Positions 1 to 8,970 of a stretch of 58,493 nt of DNA are shown piece by piece. Numbering within the stretch: position 1 is the stretch's first letter; every line of letters begins with the position of its first letter. A program made the position numbers and the translations under genes. The notes under the pieces were generated by a model. That model did no database searches and had not been told where the DNA came from. It saw nothing but the letters and a program-made list of their open reading frames with translations. Source of the DNA: an uncultured Lentisphaeraceae bacterium (lineage in GTDB: Bacteria > Verrucomicrobiota > Kiritimatiellia > RFP12 > UBA1067); contig CAYMLQ010000003.1 in assembly GCA_964390795.1 (NCBI GenBank), positions 1 to 58,493 on the forward strand, written 5' to 3'.

Positions 1-1
1 C

Positions 2-868
2 GGCTCGGGCAAGCAGGCCCGCGCCGTGATCGACGGGCTGGAGGCGGACGTGCTGACGCTGGCCTTGGCCTACGACATCGACGAGGTTTCGGCAAAGGGC
101 ACGCTGCTGGACGCGGACTGGCAGAAGAAACTGTCGCACAACAGCGCGCCCTACACGTCAACCATTGTCTTCCTAGTCCGCAAGGGCAACCCCAAAGGCA
201 TCAAGAACTGGGACGACCTGGTCAAGCAGGGGGTCGAGGTGATCACGCCGAACCCCAAGACCTCCGGGGGCGCGAGGTGGAACCACCTGGCGGCCTGGGG
301 GTTCGTGCTGGACCGCGAGCTGGGGGGCGACCTCGGCAAGCTGAACAAGACGGAGTTCGCGGCGCAGGTCGCGGCGGCGCAGGCCAAGGCGCGCGCGTTC
401 ATTGCGGATCTCTACAAGCACGTGCCTGTGCTTGACTCGGGGGCGCGCGGATCAACCACGACCTTCGTGCAGCGCGGCATCGGTGACGTGCTGCTGGCCT
501 GGGAGAACGAGGCGTTCCTCGCGGTCAACGAACTCGGGAAAGACCGGCTCGATATCGTGGTGCCTCCGATCAGCATTCTGGCTGAGCCGACGGTGGCGGT
601 GGTCGACAAGGTGGTTGACAGGCGCGGTTCGCGGGCCTTGGCCGAGGCGTACCTGAAACACCTATATAGCCCCGAAGGCCAAAAACTCGCGGCCAGGCAC
701 TACTACCGGCCGCGCATGCCTGAGCATGCGGATCCTGCGGATATCGCCCGCTTCCCGACGGTGAAGCTGATCACCATTGACGAGGTGTTCGGCGGCTGGC
801 AGAAGGCGCAGAAGGAGCACTTCGCCGACAGCGCCATCTTTGACCAGATCTATCTTCCGAGCAAGTGA
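2..868 (+). CDS. sbp: Sulfate ABC transporter substrate-binding protein (5' end truncated by the window)
   Basis: The frame is open from base 2 ([17 protein letters not shown]). It carries the Sbp/CysP motifs [28 protein letters not shown] and [25 protein letters not shown], and lies upstream of cysTWA. Confidence 0.95.
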   Translation, partial: GSGKQARAVIDGLEADVLTLALAYDIDEVSAKGTLLDADWQKKLSHNSAPYTSTIVFLVRKGNPKGIKNWDDLVKQGVEVITPNPKTSGGARWNHLAAWGFVLDRELGGDLGKLNKTEFAAQVAAAQAKARAFIADLYKHVPVLDSGARGSTTTFVQRGIGDVLLAWENEAFLAVNELGKDRLDIVVPPISILAEPTVAVVDKVVDRRGSRALAEAYLKHLYSPEGQKLAARHYYRPRMPEHADPADIARFPTVKLITIDEVFGGWQKAQKEHFADSAIFDQIYLPSK

Positions 869-937
869 CAACAGGTCGCCAAGTTCTAGATGTGTTCTGA
901 CCTCGGGCTTGCCAGCGAGGTGACTGAAGGAGCGTTC

Positions 938-1765
938 ATGAAACTGAAAGAAAAAAGCGTGCTGCCTGGATTCGGATTGTCCCTCGGTTTCACCGTCTTC
1001 TACCTGTCGCTGATCGTGCTGGTGCCTTTGAGCGCGCTGGTATTCCGCAGCAGCGAACTCGGTTTCTCGGGGTTTATCGAAACCATCCTGCATCCGCGCG
1101 TGCTGGCTTCGTTCAAGGTGACCTTCCAGACGGCTTTTATCGCCGCCTTAGTCAATGTCGTTTTCGGCGTGACCGTGGCCTGGTTTCTGGTCCGCGGGCG
1201 CTTTCCTTTGAAGCGGGTAGTGGACGCGCTGGTCGATCTGCCCTTTGCGTTACCGACCGCGGTGAGCGGCATCGCGCTGACCGCGCTGTTCGCCCCGAAC
1301 GGCACGCTGGGCTCGGCGCTGGCCAAATTTGGAATTAAGGTGGCTTTCACAGCTACCGGCATCACGGTCGCGATGATCTTCATCGGTCTGCCTTTCGTGA
1401 TCCGCAGTGTGCAGCCCGCGTTGGCGGATCTGAGCAAAGAACTGGAGGAGGCCGCCCTAAGCTTGGGCGCCTCCAGGTTCCAGACCTTGTGGCGCGTGGT
1501 TCTGCCTCTGTTGGCGCCGCCTATCCTGAGCGGCTTCACACTGGCTTTTTCGCGGGCCTTGGGTGAGTACGGGTCAGTGGTTTTCATCGCGGGGAACATG
1601 CCGATGAAGACCGAGATCGCATCGCTGCTGATCATCACCAAACTGGAGCAGTTCGACTATGCGGGGGCCACGGCGATCGCCGTCGCGCTGCTGTCGCTCT
1701 CGCTGCTGGCGATCTTACTGGTCAACCTGCTCCAGACGCGGGCAACACGCTACTTAGGAAGCTGA
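938..1765 (+). CDS. cysT: Sulfate ABC transporter permease CysT (CysU)
   Basis: Motifs VLPGFGLSLG, DLPFALPTAVSG, an EAA loop and GEYGSVVFIAGN. The ATG at 938 has a GAAGGAG RBS and is preferred over 890. Confidence 0.95.
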   Translation: MKLKEKSVLPGFGLSLGFTVFYLSLIVLVPLSALVFRSSELGFSGFIETILHPRVLASFKVTFQTAFIAALVNVVFGVTVAWFLVRGRFPLKRVVDALVDLPFALPTAVSGIALTALFAPNGTLGSALAKFGIKVAFTATGITVAMIFIGLPFVIRSVQPALADLSKELEEAALSLGASRFQTLWRVVLPLLAPPILSGFTLAFSRALGEYGSVVFIAGNMPMKTEIASLLIITKLEQFDYAGATAIAVALLSLSLLAILLVNLLQTRATRYLGS

Positions 1766-1775
1766 GGCGGCCAAT

Positions 1776-2609
1776 ATGAAGAACAACCGTTCAAATCAAG
1801 AACTGGGCGTGTGGGGAAACCTCACGTTGTGCGCGGCGGCCTTGGCGATCATGGGGCTGCTCGTTGTGATGCCGCTGCTGGTCGTGCTGAAAGAGGCGTT
1901 CGCGGGCGGCGTGAAGCTGTGGCTGGCAAGCGTCAACGATCAAGACGCGCGGTCGGCGATCTGGCTGACCCTGGGCGTCGCGGCGGTGGTGGTGCCGCTG
2001 AACACCGTTTTCGGAGTGGCCGCGGCTTGGGCGCTCTCCAAATTCCGGTTCAAGGGGCGCAGCCTGCTGCTCTCGCTGGTGGATCTGCCCTTCGCGGTCT
2101 CGCCGGTGATTGCGGGACTGATCTTTATTTTGTTGTTCGGCCGTCACGGATGGCTGGGTACGTGGTTGACGGACCATCATATCCGGATCGTCTTTGCCGT
2201 GCCGGGCATCGTTTTGGCGACGCTCTTTGTGACCTTCCCGTTTGTGGCGCGCGAGCTGATTCCTCTGATGACGGAACAGGGGTCGGAAGAGGAGCAGGCT
2301 GCGCTGAGCCTCGGCGCGACTGGCTGGCAGATGTTTGTAAAAGTGACGCTTCCGAACATCAAGTGGGGGCTGCTGTACGGGGTCATCCTGTGCAACGCGC
2401 GAGCCATGGGCGAGTTCGGCGCGGTGTCTGTGGTCTCGGGCCACATCCGAGGCGAGACCAACACGCTGCCCCTGCACGTCGAGGTGTTGTATAACGAGTA
2501 CAGCTTCACAGCTTCCTTTGCCTGCGCCTCGATCCTGGCGGGGCTGGCGATCATGACGCTGATTCTGAAGACCATTGTGGAAGTGAAGGGCGAGCGCGAT
2601 GCCGCGTAA
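1776..2609 (+). CDS. cysW: Sulfate ABC transporter permease CysW
   Basis: Motifs DLPFAVSPVIAG, FVARELIPLM and ARAMGEFGAVSVVSGHIRGETNTLPLHVE. Confidence 0.95.
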   Translation: MKNNRSNQELGVWGNLTLCAAALAIMGLLVVMPLLVVLKEAFAGGVKLWLASVNDQDARSAIWLTLGVAAVVVPLNTVFGVAAAWALSKFRFKGRSLLLSLVDLPFAVSPVIAGLIFILLFGRHGWLGTWLTDHHIRIVFAVPGIVLATLFVTFPFVARELIPLMTEQGSEEEQAALSLGATGWQMFVKVTLPNIKWGLLYGVILCNARAMGEFGAVSVVSGHIRGETNTLPLHVEVLYNEYSFTASFACASILAGLAIMTLILKTIVEVKGERDAA

Positions 2610-2621
2610 CGGAGGTGTGTA

Positions 2622-3689
2622 ATGAGCATAACGATTCAAAACATCAGCAAGACCTTCGGGGCCTTTCAGGCGCTGAATAACGTCAGTCTGGAGGTTCCCT
2701 CGGGCGGGCTGACCGCGCTGCTGGGGCCGTCGGGATCAGGCAAGACGACGTTGCTGCGAATTGTGGCCGGACTTGAAAGTGCGGACGCGGACAAAGGTGG
2801 AAAAATCCTGTTCGATGGGCTTCCCGTGACGGACAATCCGGTCAACCGTCGCCAGGTGGGCTTCGTGTTTCAGCACTATGCCCTGTTTCGGCACATGACG
2901 GTTTTCGAGAACATCGCCTTCGGCTTACGGGTGAAGCCGCGCGGCGAACGGCTGTCTGGCGCCGAGATCAAAGCGCGCGTTTTCGAACTGCTGAAGCTGG
3001 TTCAGCTTGAGCAACTGGCGCAGCGTTTTCCGTCGCAGCTCTCTGGCGGGCAGCGGCAGCGCATCGCTTTGGCGCGTGCCTTGGCGATCCGGCCCAAAGT
3101 GCTCCTCTTGGACGAGCCGTTCGGCGCGCTGGACGCGCAGGTGCGCGCCGAATTACGCCGCTGGCTGCGGCATCTGCATGACACCATTCATGTGACCAGC
3201 ATCTTCGTGACGCACGACCAGGAGGAGGCGCTCGAGGTGGCCGACAGCATTGTCGTCATGAATAGGGGCGGCATCGAACAGGTGGGGGAGCCGAACGAGG
3301 TGTTCCAGCATCCCGCCACGGAGTTTGTGATGAAGTTTCTGGGCGATGTGAACGTCTTCCACGGCCGCATCCACAATGACACGCCGATTTTCACGGATGA
3401 GCTGAAAGACGAGCACGGCGTGCGTCTGCTCGTGCGTCCGCATGACTTGACCGTGCAGCTGCACCCCGGCACGGGAACCAGTCTGCCGGCAGAGGTCTAC
3501 CGCGTGCTTACGGCGGGTCCGCTGGTAAAGATTGAGCTGCTGAACGGCCAGAACAGTCTGGTGCAGGTTCATGTGCCGCATGACGTGTACCGGGCGGCGC
3601 CCGTGAAGCCGGGGCAGAAGGTCTACCTGGTGCCCAAAGAGTCGCGGCTGTACGGGAACGGCAACGAGCTGATCGAATATGTGATATAG
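2622..3689 (+). CDS. cysA: Sulfate ABC transporter ATP-binding protein CysA
   Basis: Walker [31 protein letters not shown] and a C-terminal TOBE-like region. GGAGG RBS. Confidence 0.95.
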   Translation: MSITIQNISKTFGAFQALNNVSLEVPSGGLTALLGPSGSGKTTLLRIVAGLESADADKGGKILFDGLPVTDNPVNRRQVGFVFQHYALFRHMTVFENIAFGLRVKPRGERLSGAEIKARVFELLKLVQLEQLAQRFPSQLSGGQRQRIALARALAIRPKVLLLDEPFGALDAQVRAELRRWLRHLHDTIHVTSIFVTHDQEEALEVADSIVVMNRGGIEQVGEPNEVFQHPATEFVMKFLGDVNVFHGRIHNDTPIFTDELKDEHGVRLLVRPHDLTVQLHPGTGTSLPAEVYRVLTAGPLVKIELLNGQNSLVQVHVPHDVYRAAPVKPGQKVYLVPKESRLYGNGNELIEYVI

Positions 3690-3747
3690 AGAAGGCGTTT
3701 AGGCTGTAGGCTGTTAGGCTATAGGAAGAAAGAATTGGGGTGAAAGG

Positions 3748-4446
3748 ATGACGACGGAACAATTGAGAGAAGAACTTGAGGGCAAAGACGCGGAAAGGAT
3801 CATCCGTCGGGCGTTGGAGGCCTTTGGCGCGTCGCTGGTTTTCGCCACCTCGCTGGCGGCGGAGGATCAGGTGATCACCGATATCATCGCGCGCAACCGG
3901 TGGCCCATTCCGTTCGTCACGCTGGATACAGGAAGGCTTTTTCCAGAGACTTACGCGTTGCTGGCCGAGACGGAAAAGAGGTACGGGATCAAGATCAGGG
4001 CGTTCTTCCCGGACAGCGCCAAAGTTGAAGAGATGGTTGCCGAGAAGGGCGTCAACTTGTTCTACGACAGCAGCGAGAACCGCAGGCTCTGCTGCCGCGT
4101 GAGGAAGCTCGAGCCGTTGAAGCGGGCGCTGACGCCTTACCGCGCCTGGCTCTGCGGCCTGCGCCGCGAGCAGTCCGTCACGCGCGCCGCGCTCCATGTC
4201 GTCGAGGACGACGCGGCCAACGGCTTGACCAAGGTGAACCCGCTTGCGGCGTGGAGCGAGCAGGAGGTGTGGGGATATATTGCCGCACGCCATGTGCCCT
4301 ATAATCCCTTACACGACCAGGGTTTCCCCAGCATCGGCTGCGCGTGCTGCACACGCGCGGTCAAACGCACCGAGGACGTCCGTGCCGGTCGGTGGTGGTG
4401 GGAACAGCCGGAGCACAAAGAGTGCGGGCTGCATGAGGGGAGTTAG
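3748..4446 (+). CDS. cysH: APS/PAPS reductase, 4Fe-4S (APS reductase) type
   Basis: LDTGRLF, the CC pair in LCCRVRKLEPL, SIGCACC (CxxC), RAGRWWWE and KECGLH. Confidence 0.92.
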   Translation: MTTEQLREELEGKDAERIIRRALEAFGASLVFATSLAAEDQVITDIIARNRWPIPFVTLDTGRLFPETYALLAETEKRYGIKIRAFFPDSAKVEEMVAEKGVNLFYDSSENRRLCCRVRKLEPLKRALTPYRAWLCGLRREQSVTRAALHVVEDDAANGLTKVNPLAAWSEQEVWGYIAARHVPYNPLHDQGFPSIGCACCTRAVKRTEDVRAGRWWWEQPEHKECGLHEGS

Positions 4447-4475
4447 AAGTTAGGAGTTAGAAGTTAGGAGTTGAA
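4441..4475 (+). repeat. Heptamer tandem repeat (AGTTAGA/AGTTAGG) between cysH and cysD
   Basis: AGTTAGA AGTTAGG AGTTAGA AGTTAGG AGTTGAA. Confidence 0.9.
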
Positions 4476-4480
4476 ACACG

Positions 4481-5383
4481 ATGAGTACACTTTCGCAACT
4501 AAAACAGCTTGAAGCCGAAAGCATCCACATCTTCCGCGATGCCGTGAGCCAGGCGCAGAACCCCATCCTGCTTTACTCCATCGGCAAGGACTCGTCCGTG
4601 CTGGTGCGGTTGGCGCAGAAGGCCTTCTATCCCGGCCGTCTGCCATTTAAGCTGCTGCACATCGACTCCACCTGGAAGTTCCGCGAGATGATCGCGTTCC
4701 GTGACCGTTTCTGCACGGAGCAGGGGCTGGAACTGATTGTTCACTCGAACGAGCAGGGTAGGTCGGAGGGCGTGAACCCGTTCGACTACGGCAGCCGCAA
4801 GTATACCGACATCATGAAGACGCAGGCGCTCTTGCAGGCGCTGAAGGCCGGCAAGTACGATCTGGCCTTCGGCGGCGCGCGCCGCGACGAGGAAAAGTCG
4901 CGGGCGAAGGAGCGGGTCTTCTCGTTCCGCGACAAGCATCAGCAGTGGGATCCGAAAAACCAGCGGCCGGAACTGTGGAATATCTACAACGCCCGCGTCA
5001 ATCCCGACGAGAGCGTACGCATCTTTCCGCTTTCAAACTGGACCGAGACCGACATCTGGCAGTACATCCGGGTCGAGCGCATTCCGATCGTGCCCCTGTA
5101 CTTCGCCGCGCCGCGTCCGGTGGTGGAGCGCGACGGGCAATGGATTATGGTTGATGACGAGCGGATGCGATTGCATCCGGGGGAGCATCCCATTGAGAAG
5201 AGGGTCCGTTTTCGGACTTTGGGCTGCTATCCGCTGACCGGCGCGATCGAATCCAGTGCGATGACCGTTGAGGAGATCGTGGCTGAGACGTTGCAGGTGC
5301 GCGTGAGCGAGCGCTCGACGCGCGTGATCGACCACGACGGCGATTCCTCGATGGAGCAGAAGAAGCGCGAAGGCTACTTCTAG
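4481..5383 (+). CDS. cysD: Sulfate adenylyltransferase subunit 2
   Basis: YSIGKDS PP-loop, [26 protein letters not shown] and the C-terminal KKREGYF. Confidence 0.97.
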   Translation: MSTLSQLKQLEAESIHIFRDAVSQAQNPILLYSIGKDSSVLVRLAQKAFYPGRLPFKLLHIDSTWKFREMIAFRDRFCTEQGLELIVHSNEQGRSEGVNPFDYGSRKYTDIMKTQALLQALKAGKYDLAFGGARRDEEKSRAKERVFSFRDKHQQWDPKNQRPELWNIYNARVNPDESVRIFPLSNWTETDIWQYIRVERIPIVPLYFAAPRPVVERDGQWIMVDDERMRLHPGEHPIEKRVRFRTLGCYPLTGAIESSAMTVEEIVAETLQVRVSERSTRVIDHDGDSSMEQKKREGYF

Positions 5384-5416
5384 TTGGAAGTTAGGCGTTA
5401 GGATTTAGGAATTGGG
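5382..5416 (+). repeat. Degenerate heptamer tandem repeat between cysD and cysN
   Basis: AGTTGGA AGTTAGG CGTTAGG ATTTAGG AATTGGG. Confidence 0.85.
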
Positions 5417-5428
5417 AGGCGAGAGCGC

Positions 5429-7291
5429 ATGAACGATATTGGAAACTATTTGGACGAACACGAAAACAGGAATCTTTTACGGTTTATCACCTGCGGCTCG
5501 GTGGACGACGGCAAGTCCACGCTGATCGGGAGGCTGCTGTTTGACAGCAAGCTGATCTATGAGGACCAACTGAGCGCGCTGCAGAACGCGAGCGACAAGA
5601 ACGGCACGACCGGCGCGGGCGAGATCGACTACGCGCTTTTGCTGGACGGACTGAAGGCTGAACGCGAGCAGGGCATCACCATCGATGTGGCTTACCGGTA
5701 CTTCTCAACGCCGCAAAGGAAGTTCATCATCGCGGATACGCCGGGACACGAGCAGTACACGCGCAACATGGCCACAGGCGCTTCGACCGCGAACCTGGCG
5801 ATTATCCTGATCGACGCGCGGTACGGCGTGGTGACGCAGACCCGGCGGCACGCGTTCATCGCGTCTCTTCTTGGGATCAAGCACCTGCTGGTGGCGGTCA
5901 ACAAGATGGATATCGGCGGATACAGCGAAGAGACGTTCCTCACGATCCGGCAGGCCTTCAGCGACTTCGCCCAGAAACTCGACATCCCGGACATCCGGTT
6001 CGTTCCCATTTCCGCGCTGAAGGGGACGAACGTGGCTGGACGTTCGCCTGAGTTGACGCCTTGGTATGCGGGCCCGCCGCTGTTAGAACTGCTTGAGACG
6101 GTCGACATTTCTCAGGATATTAATGTGCGCGACTTCCGATTCCCGGTGCAGGTGGTGACCCGTCCGCATCTCAATTTCCGCGGCTTTGCGGGCACCGTGG
6201 CTTCCGGTGCGATCAGAACTGGCGACAAGATCCGCGCGTTGCCGTCAAACAAGGCCTCGGTCATCAAACGCATCGTGACTGCGGACGGTGATTTGGACGA
6301 GGCCACTGTCTCTCAGGCTGTCACGTTGGAGCTGGCGGACGAGGTTGACATCAGCAGTGGCGATATGATTGTACGCGACAACAACCTGCCGCGCATGAAA
6401 GACCGGTTTGAAGCGATTGTGATCTGGATGTCTGAGACGGCGTTGAAAGCGGGTGATACTTACCTCGTTCGCCACTGCGGACGTTTCGTGAAGGCCCGTG
6501 TCGAAGCGCTGCTTTACGCCATCGATGTCAATACGATGAGCCATGCCTCTGTGACCGAACTGCCGTTGAACGGCATTGGGCGGATCGTCGTCGAGACGAC
6601 CCAGCCGCTCTATTTGGATCCGTACTCGGAAAACCACACAACCGGCAGTCTGGTCTTCGTCGATCCGATCAGCAACGTTACGGCTGGTGCGGCGATGATC
6701 ACCGACAGCGTGTTCGTTGATGCGGGCACGCCGCGCGTCATCAGCGATGCGGCCACTTTGCTGCGCGATCATGTGGAGCGGCGCGAGTTCTATTGGGAGA
6801 CCGGCTTAGTTTCTCCCAAAGACCGGCTCATACGCAACCGGCATGTCGGCAAGACCGTGATCGTTACCGGCGCGTCCGTCCAAGCGGTGCAAGCCTTTGG
6901 CAAAGAGTTAGAGCTTCGCTTGTTCAAGCTGAACCTGAGCTGCTATTATCTCGGGTTCTCCAGCCTTTCGCGCGGTCTGGCTTCGGATGTGCAGGACAAC
7001 CGTTCAGAGCGAGATGCCCGAATTCAGCGGCTCGGCGAGCTGGCCCGCATTCTAACCGATGCGGGACTCATCTTCATCACCGCGTTGCCGGCCGCCGATG
7101 GCTATACGATTGAGAGGCTCAGGATGCTGAATCAGCCGAACGAATTGCTGGTGGTCGCGCACGGCGAAGGGGCTAGCGAGGGTGTTTCGCCCTCCATCAT
7201 GATCGGCGATACGGTGGCGATCGAACAGAATGTGGAAGCCGTGCTGGGATTGTTGGCTGATCAGCGCGTGATTCCCGATTACTGCATCTGA
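5429..7291 (+). CDS. cysN: Sulfate adenylyltransferase subunit 1 (GTPase) fused to a degenerate APS-kinase-like C-terminal domain
   Basis: CGSVDDGKSTLIGRLL, EREQGITIDVAYRYF, DTPGHEQYTRNM and NKMD. The last ~170 aa resemble CysC but lack the P-loop. Confidence 0.93.
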   Translation: MNDIGNYLDEHENRNLLRFITCGSVDDGKSTLIGRLLFDSKLIYEDQLSALQNASDKNGTTGAGEIDYALLLDGLKAEREQGITIDVAYRYFSTPQRKFIIADTPGHEQYTRNMATGASTANLAIILIDARYGVVTQTRRHAFIASLLGIKHLLVAVNKMDIGGYSEETFLTIRQAFSDFAQKLDIPDIRFVPISALKGTNVAGRSPELTPWYAGPPLLELLETVDISQDINVRDFRFPVQVVTRPHLNFRGFAGTVASGAIRTGDKIRALPSNKASVIKRIVTADGDLDEATVSQAVTLELADEVDISSGDMIVRDNNLPRMKDRFEAIVIWMSETALKAGDTYLVRHCGRFVKARVEALLYAIDVNTMSHASVTELPLNGIGRIVVETTQPLYLDPYSENHTTGSLVFVDPISNVTAGAAMITDSVFVDAGTPRVISDAATLLRDHVERREFYWETGLVSPKDRLIRNRHVGKTVIVTGASVQAVQAFGKELELRLFKLNLSCYYLGFSSLSRGLASDVQDNRSERDARIQRLGELARILTDAGLIFITALPAADGYTIERLRMLNQPNELLVVAHGEGASEGVSPSIMIGDTVAIEQNVEAVLGLLADQRVIPDYCI

Positions 7292-7302
7292 TAAGGAGAG
7301 CA

Positions 7303-8844
7303 ATGAAAGACAAGTACAGCGAATTGAGAGAGGCTTTTGAAGGATTGATTACGGGTGGCATGGCGCCCGAGGCGCTCAAGCCTGTCGCCGCTCAGTACGG
7401 CATTTATCAGCAGCGCAACGGCAATTTCATGTTGCGCATAAGGGTCAATGGGGGGGAGATCGCGTGTGAGAGACTCGCCGGAATTGCCGACCTCCTTGAC
7501 ACCACGGGCGGGTATGCGCATCTGACCTCAAGACAAGACATCCAGTTGCACGATATCCCCGCCGCACGCGTTGTCGCTGCTGTCTTGGCGAGTGACCGGA
7601 TGGGCCTGCCGTTCAAGGGTGGGGGAGGGAACACGTACCGCAATATTGTGGTGAGCGCAGACAGCGGGTTATCGGCGGATACCGCATTTGACGTGTATCC
7701 TTATGCCCATGCGCTGAACCGCGCGATGCAGGACTGCGAGATGGCCTTTGGCCTGCCGCGCAAGTTCAAGGCCGGTTTCTTTGCGAGCGACCGAGAGCGG
7801 TTACAGGCTGAGGTTCAGGATATGGGGTTTGTCGCGCAGATTCGCGAGGGGACGGAAGGGTTCACGGTCTATGGTGCCGGCGGCATGGGGCGCGAGAGTT
7901 CGGTTGGACTTGAACTCATCGGATTTCTGCCGGGCTCTCAGGTCATCCGCGCTACGGTGGCTTTATTGGAGTTGTTCCATAATCACGGTGACCGCGCCAA
8001 CCGGCATCAGGCGCGCCTTCGCCATCTGCTCAAACGGGTGGGGGCGGAGGCGTTCCAGCGACTTTATCTGGACTATTTCTCCCGGACGGAGGCGCCGCTT
8101 GTCGATGTGAATGATGCGCAGGGTCCTTACCCGGCGTTGATAGAGGGGCTTAAACGGGGGCGTGCGACGAGCCCGTCCGAGGATTTCGCTCGGTGGGCGC
8201 AGTTCGCGACGCGACCGACTCGCTTTGGCGGTGACGTCAGTTCGTCACGTCTCTTTGTTCCCTACGGCAATCTCGGGGCGGGACAGCTCCGCAAGATCGC
8301 CGCGCTGTCGGCCGAGTATGGGTCTCCGACCGTGCGTCTGCTGACCACGCAGGATATCCTGATCCCGTTAATCCACCGCTCGTCGCTGCCGGGTTTTTAC
8401 ACGCGGCTGCGGCGGGACTTGGCCGACGTCGATCTCACGTTCTCTTCGTACAAAGGGCATCTTGTGACCTGTGTGGGAGCGGCGGTCTGCAAGATCGGCA
8501 TGGCGGATGCGCCTGCGGTAGGGGACGGGATCGCGTCGGTGCTGGATCGCTATCTACCGCCTGACACGCCCGAGAAAATGAATCTTCTGAGAGTGATGAC
8601 GGACGATTTCCGCGTTTCGGGTTGTCCCAACGCCTGTTCGGGTCACCCGGCCGCGAAGATTGGCATTGAATGTTTCCTGCGGCGGGAGGGGGAAGAACTC
8701 AAGACGGTCGGTTTCGTGTGTACAGGAGCCGTGCTTGGGAGACTGGGCGAGTCACGGCTTTCGGAACGTGTGCCAGGCGGGCCTGTGCCGGTCGAACAAT
8801 TTGCCCAGAAAGTTCTGGAATTGGGATTGAGTCGCTTAACCTGA
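7303..8844 (+). CDS. Siroheme/4Fe-4S nitrite/sulfite reductase, likely the assimilatory sulfite reductase
   Basis: GIYQQR, FMLRIR, HLTSRQDIQLH, LPRKFK, the cluster-binding motifs CVGAAVC and SGCPNAC, and its position as last gene of the cys operon. Confidence 0.85.
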   Translation: MKDKYSELREAFEGLITGGMAPEALKPVAAQYGIYQQRNGNFMLRIRVNGGEIACERLAGIADLLDTTGGYAHLTSRQDIQLHDIPAARVVAAVLASDRMGLPFKGGGGNTYRNIVVSADSGLSADTAFDVYPYAHALNRAMQDCEMAFGLPRKFKAGFFASDRERLQAEVQDMGFVAQIREGTEGFTVYGAGGMGRESSVGLELIGFLPGSQVIRATVALLELFHNHGDRANRHQARLRHLLKRVGAEAFQRLYLDYFSRTEAPLVDVNDAQGPYPALIEGLKRGRATSPSEDFARWAQFATRPTRFGGDVSSSRLFVPYGNLGAGQLRKIAALSAEYGSPTVRLLTTQDILIPLIHRSSLPGFYTRLRRDLADVDLTFSSYKGHLVTCVGAAVCKIGMADAPAVGDGIASVLDRYLPPDTPEKMNLLRVMTDDFRVSGCPNACSGHPAAKIGIECFLRREGEELKTVGFVCTGAVLGRLGESRLSERVPGGPVPVEQFAQKVLELGLSRLT

Positions 8845-8898
8845 GCGTTTTGAAGGCGATCCGATGTACGTTAGGCGTCTCCCCCCTCCTTTTCAATT

Positions 8899-8926
8899 AC
8901 TTGACATAACATATATTATGCGACGT
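8899..8926 (-). other. dif: dif-like XerC/XerD recombination site
   Basis: The minus strand reads ACGTCGCATAA-TATATG-TTATGTCAAGT, an 11-6-11 layout close to E. coli dif (GGTGCGCATAA-TGTATA-TTATGTTAAAT). It sits in an AT-rich gap between convergent genes. Confidence 0.85.
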
Positions 8927-8970
8927 TGCAAATGTGACCCAAACTCTCCCTCTTCGCTGTTCGGGAAATC

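Noticed and set aside
8901-8930. TTGACA as a promoter -35 element
   Set aside because: It lies between convergent genes, has no properly spaced -10, and is explained as the XerD arm of dif.
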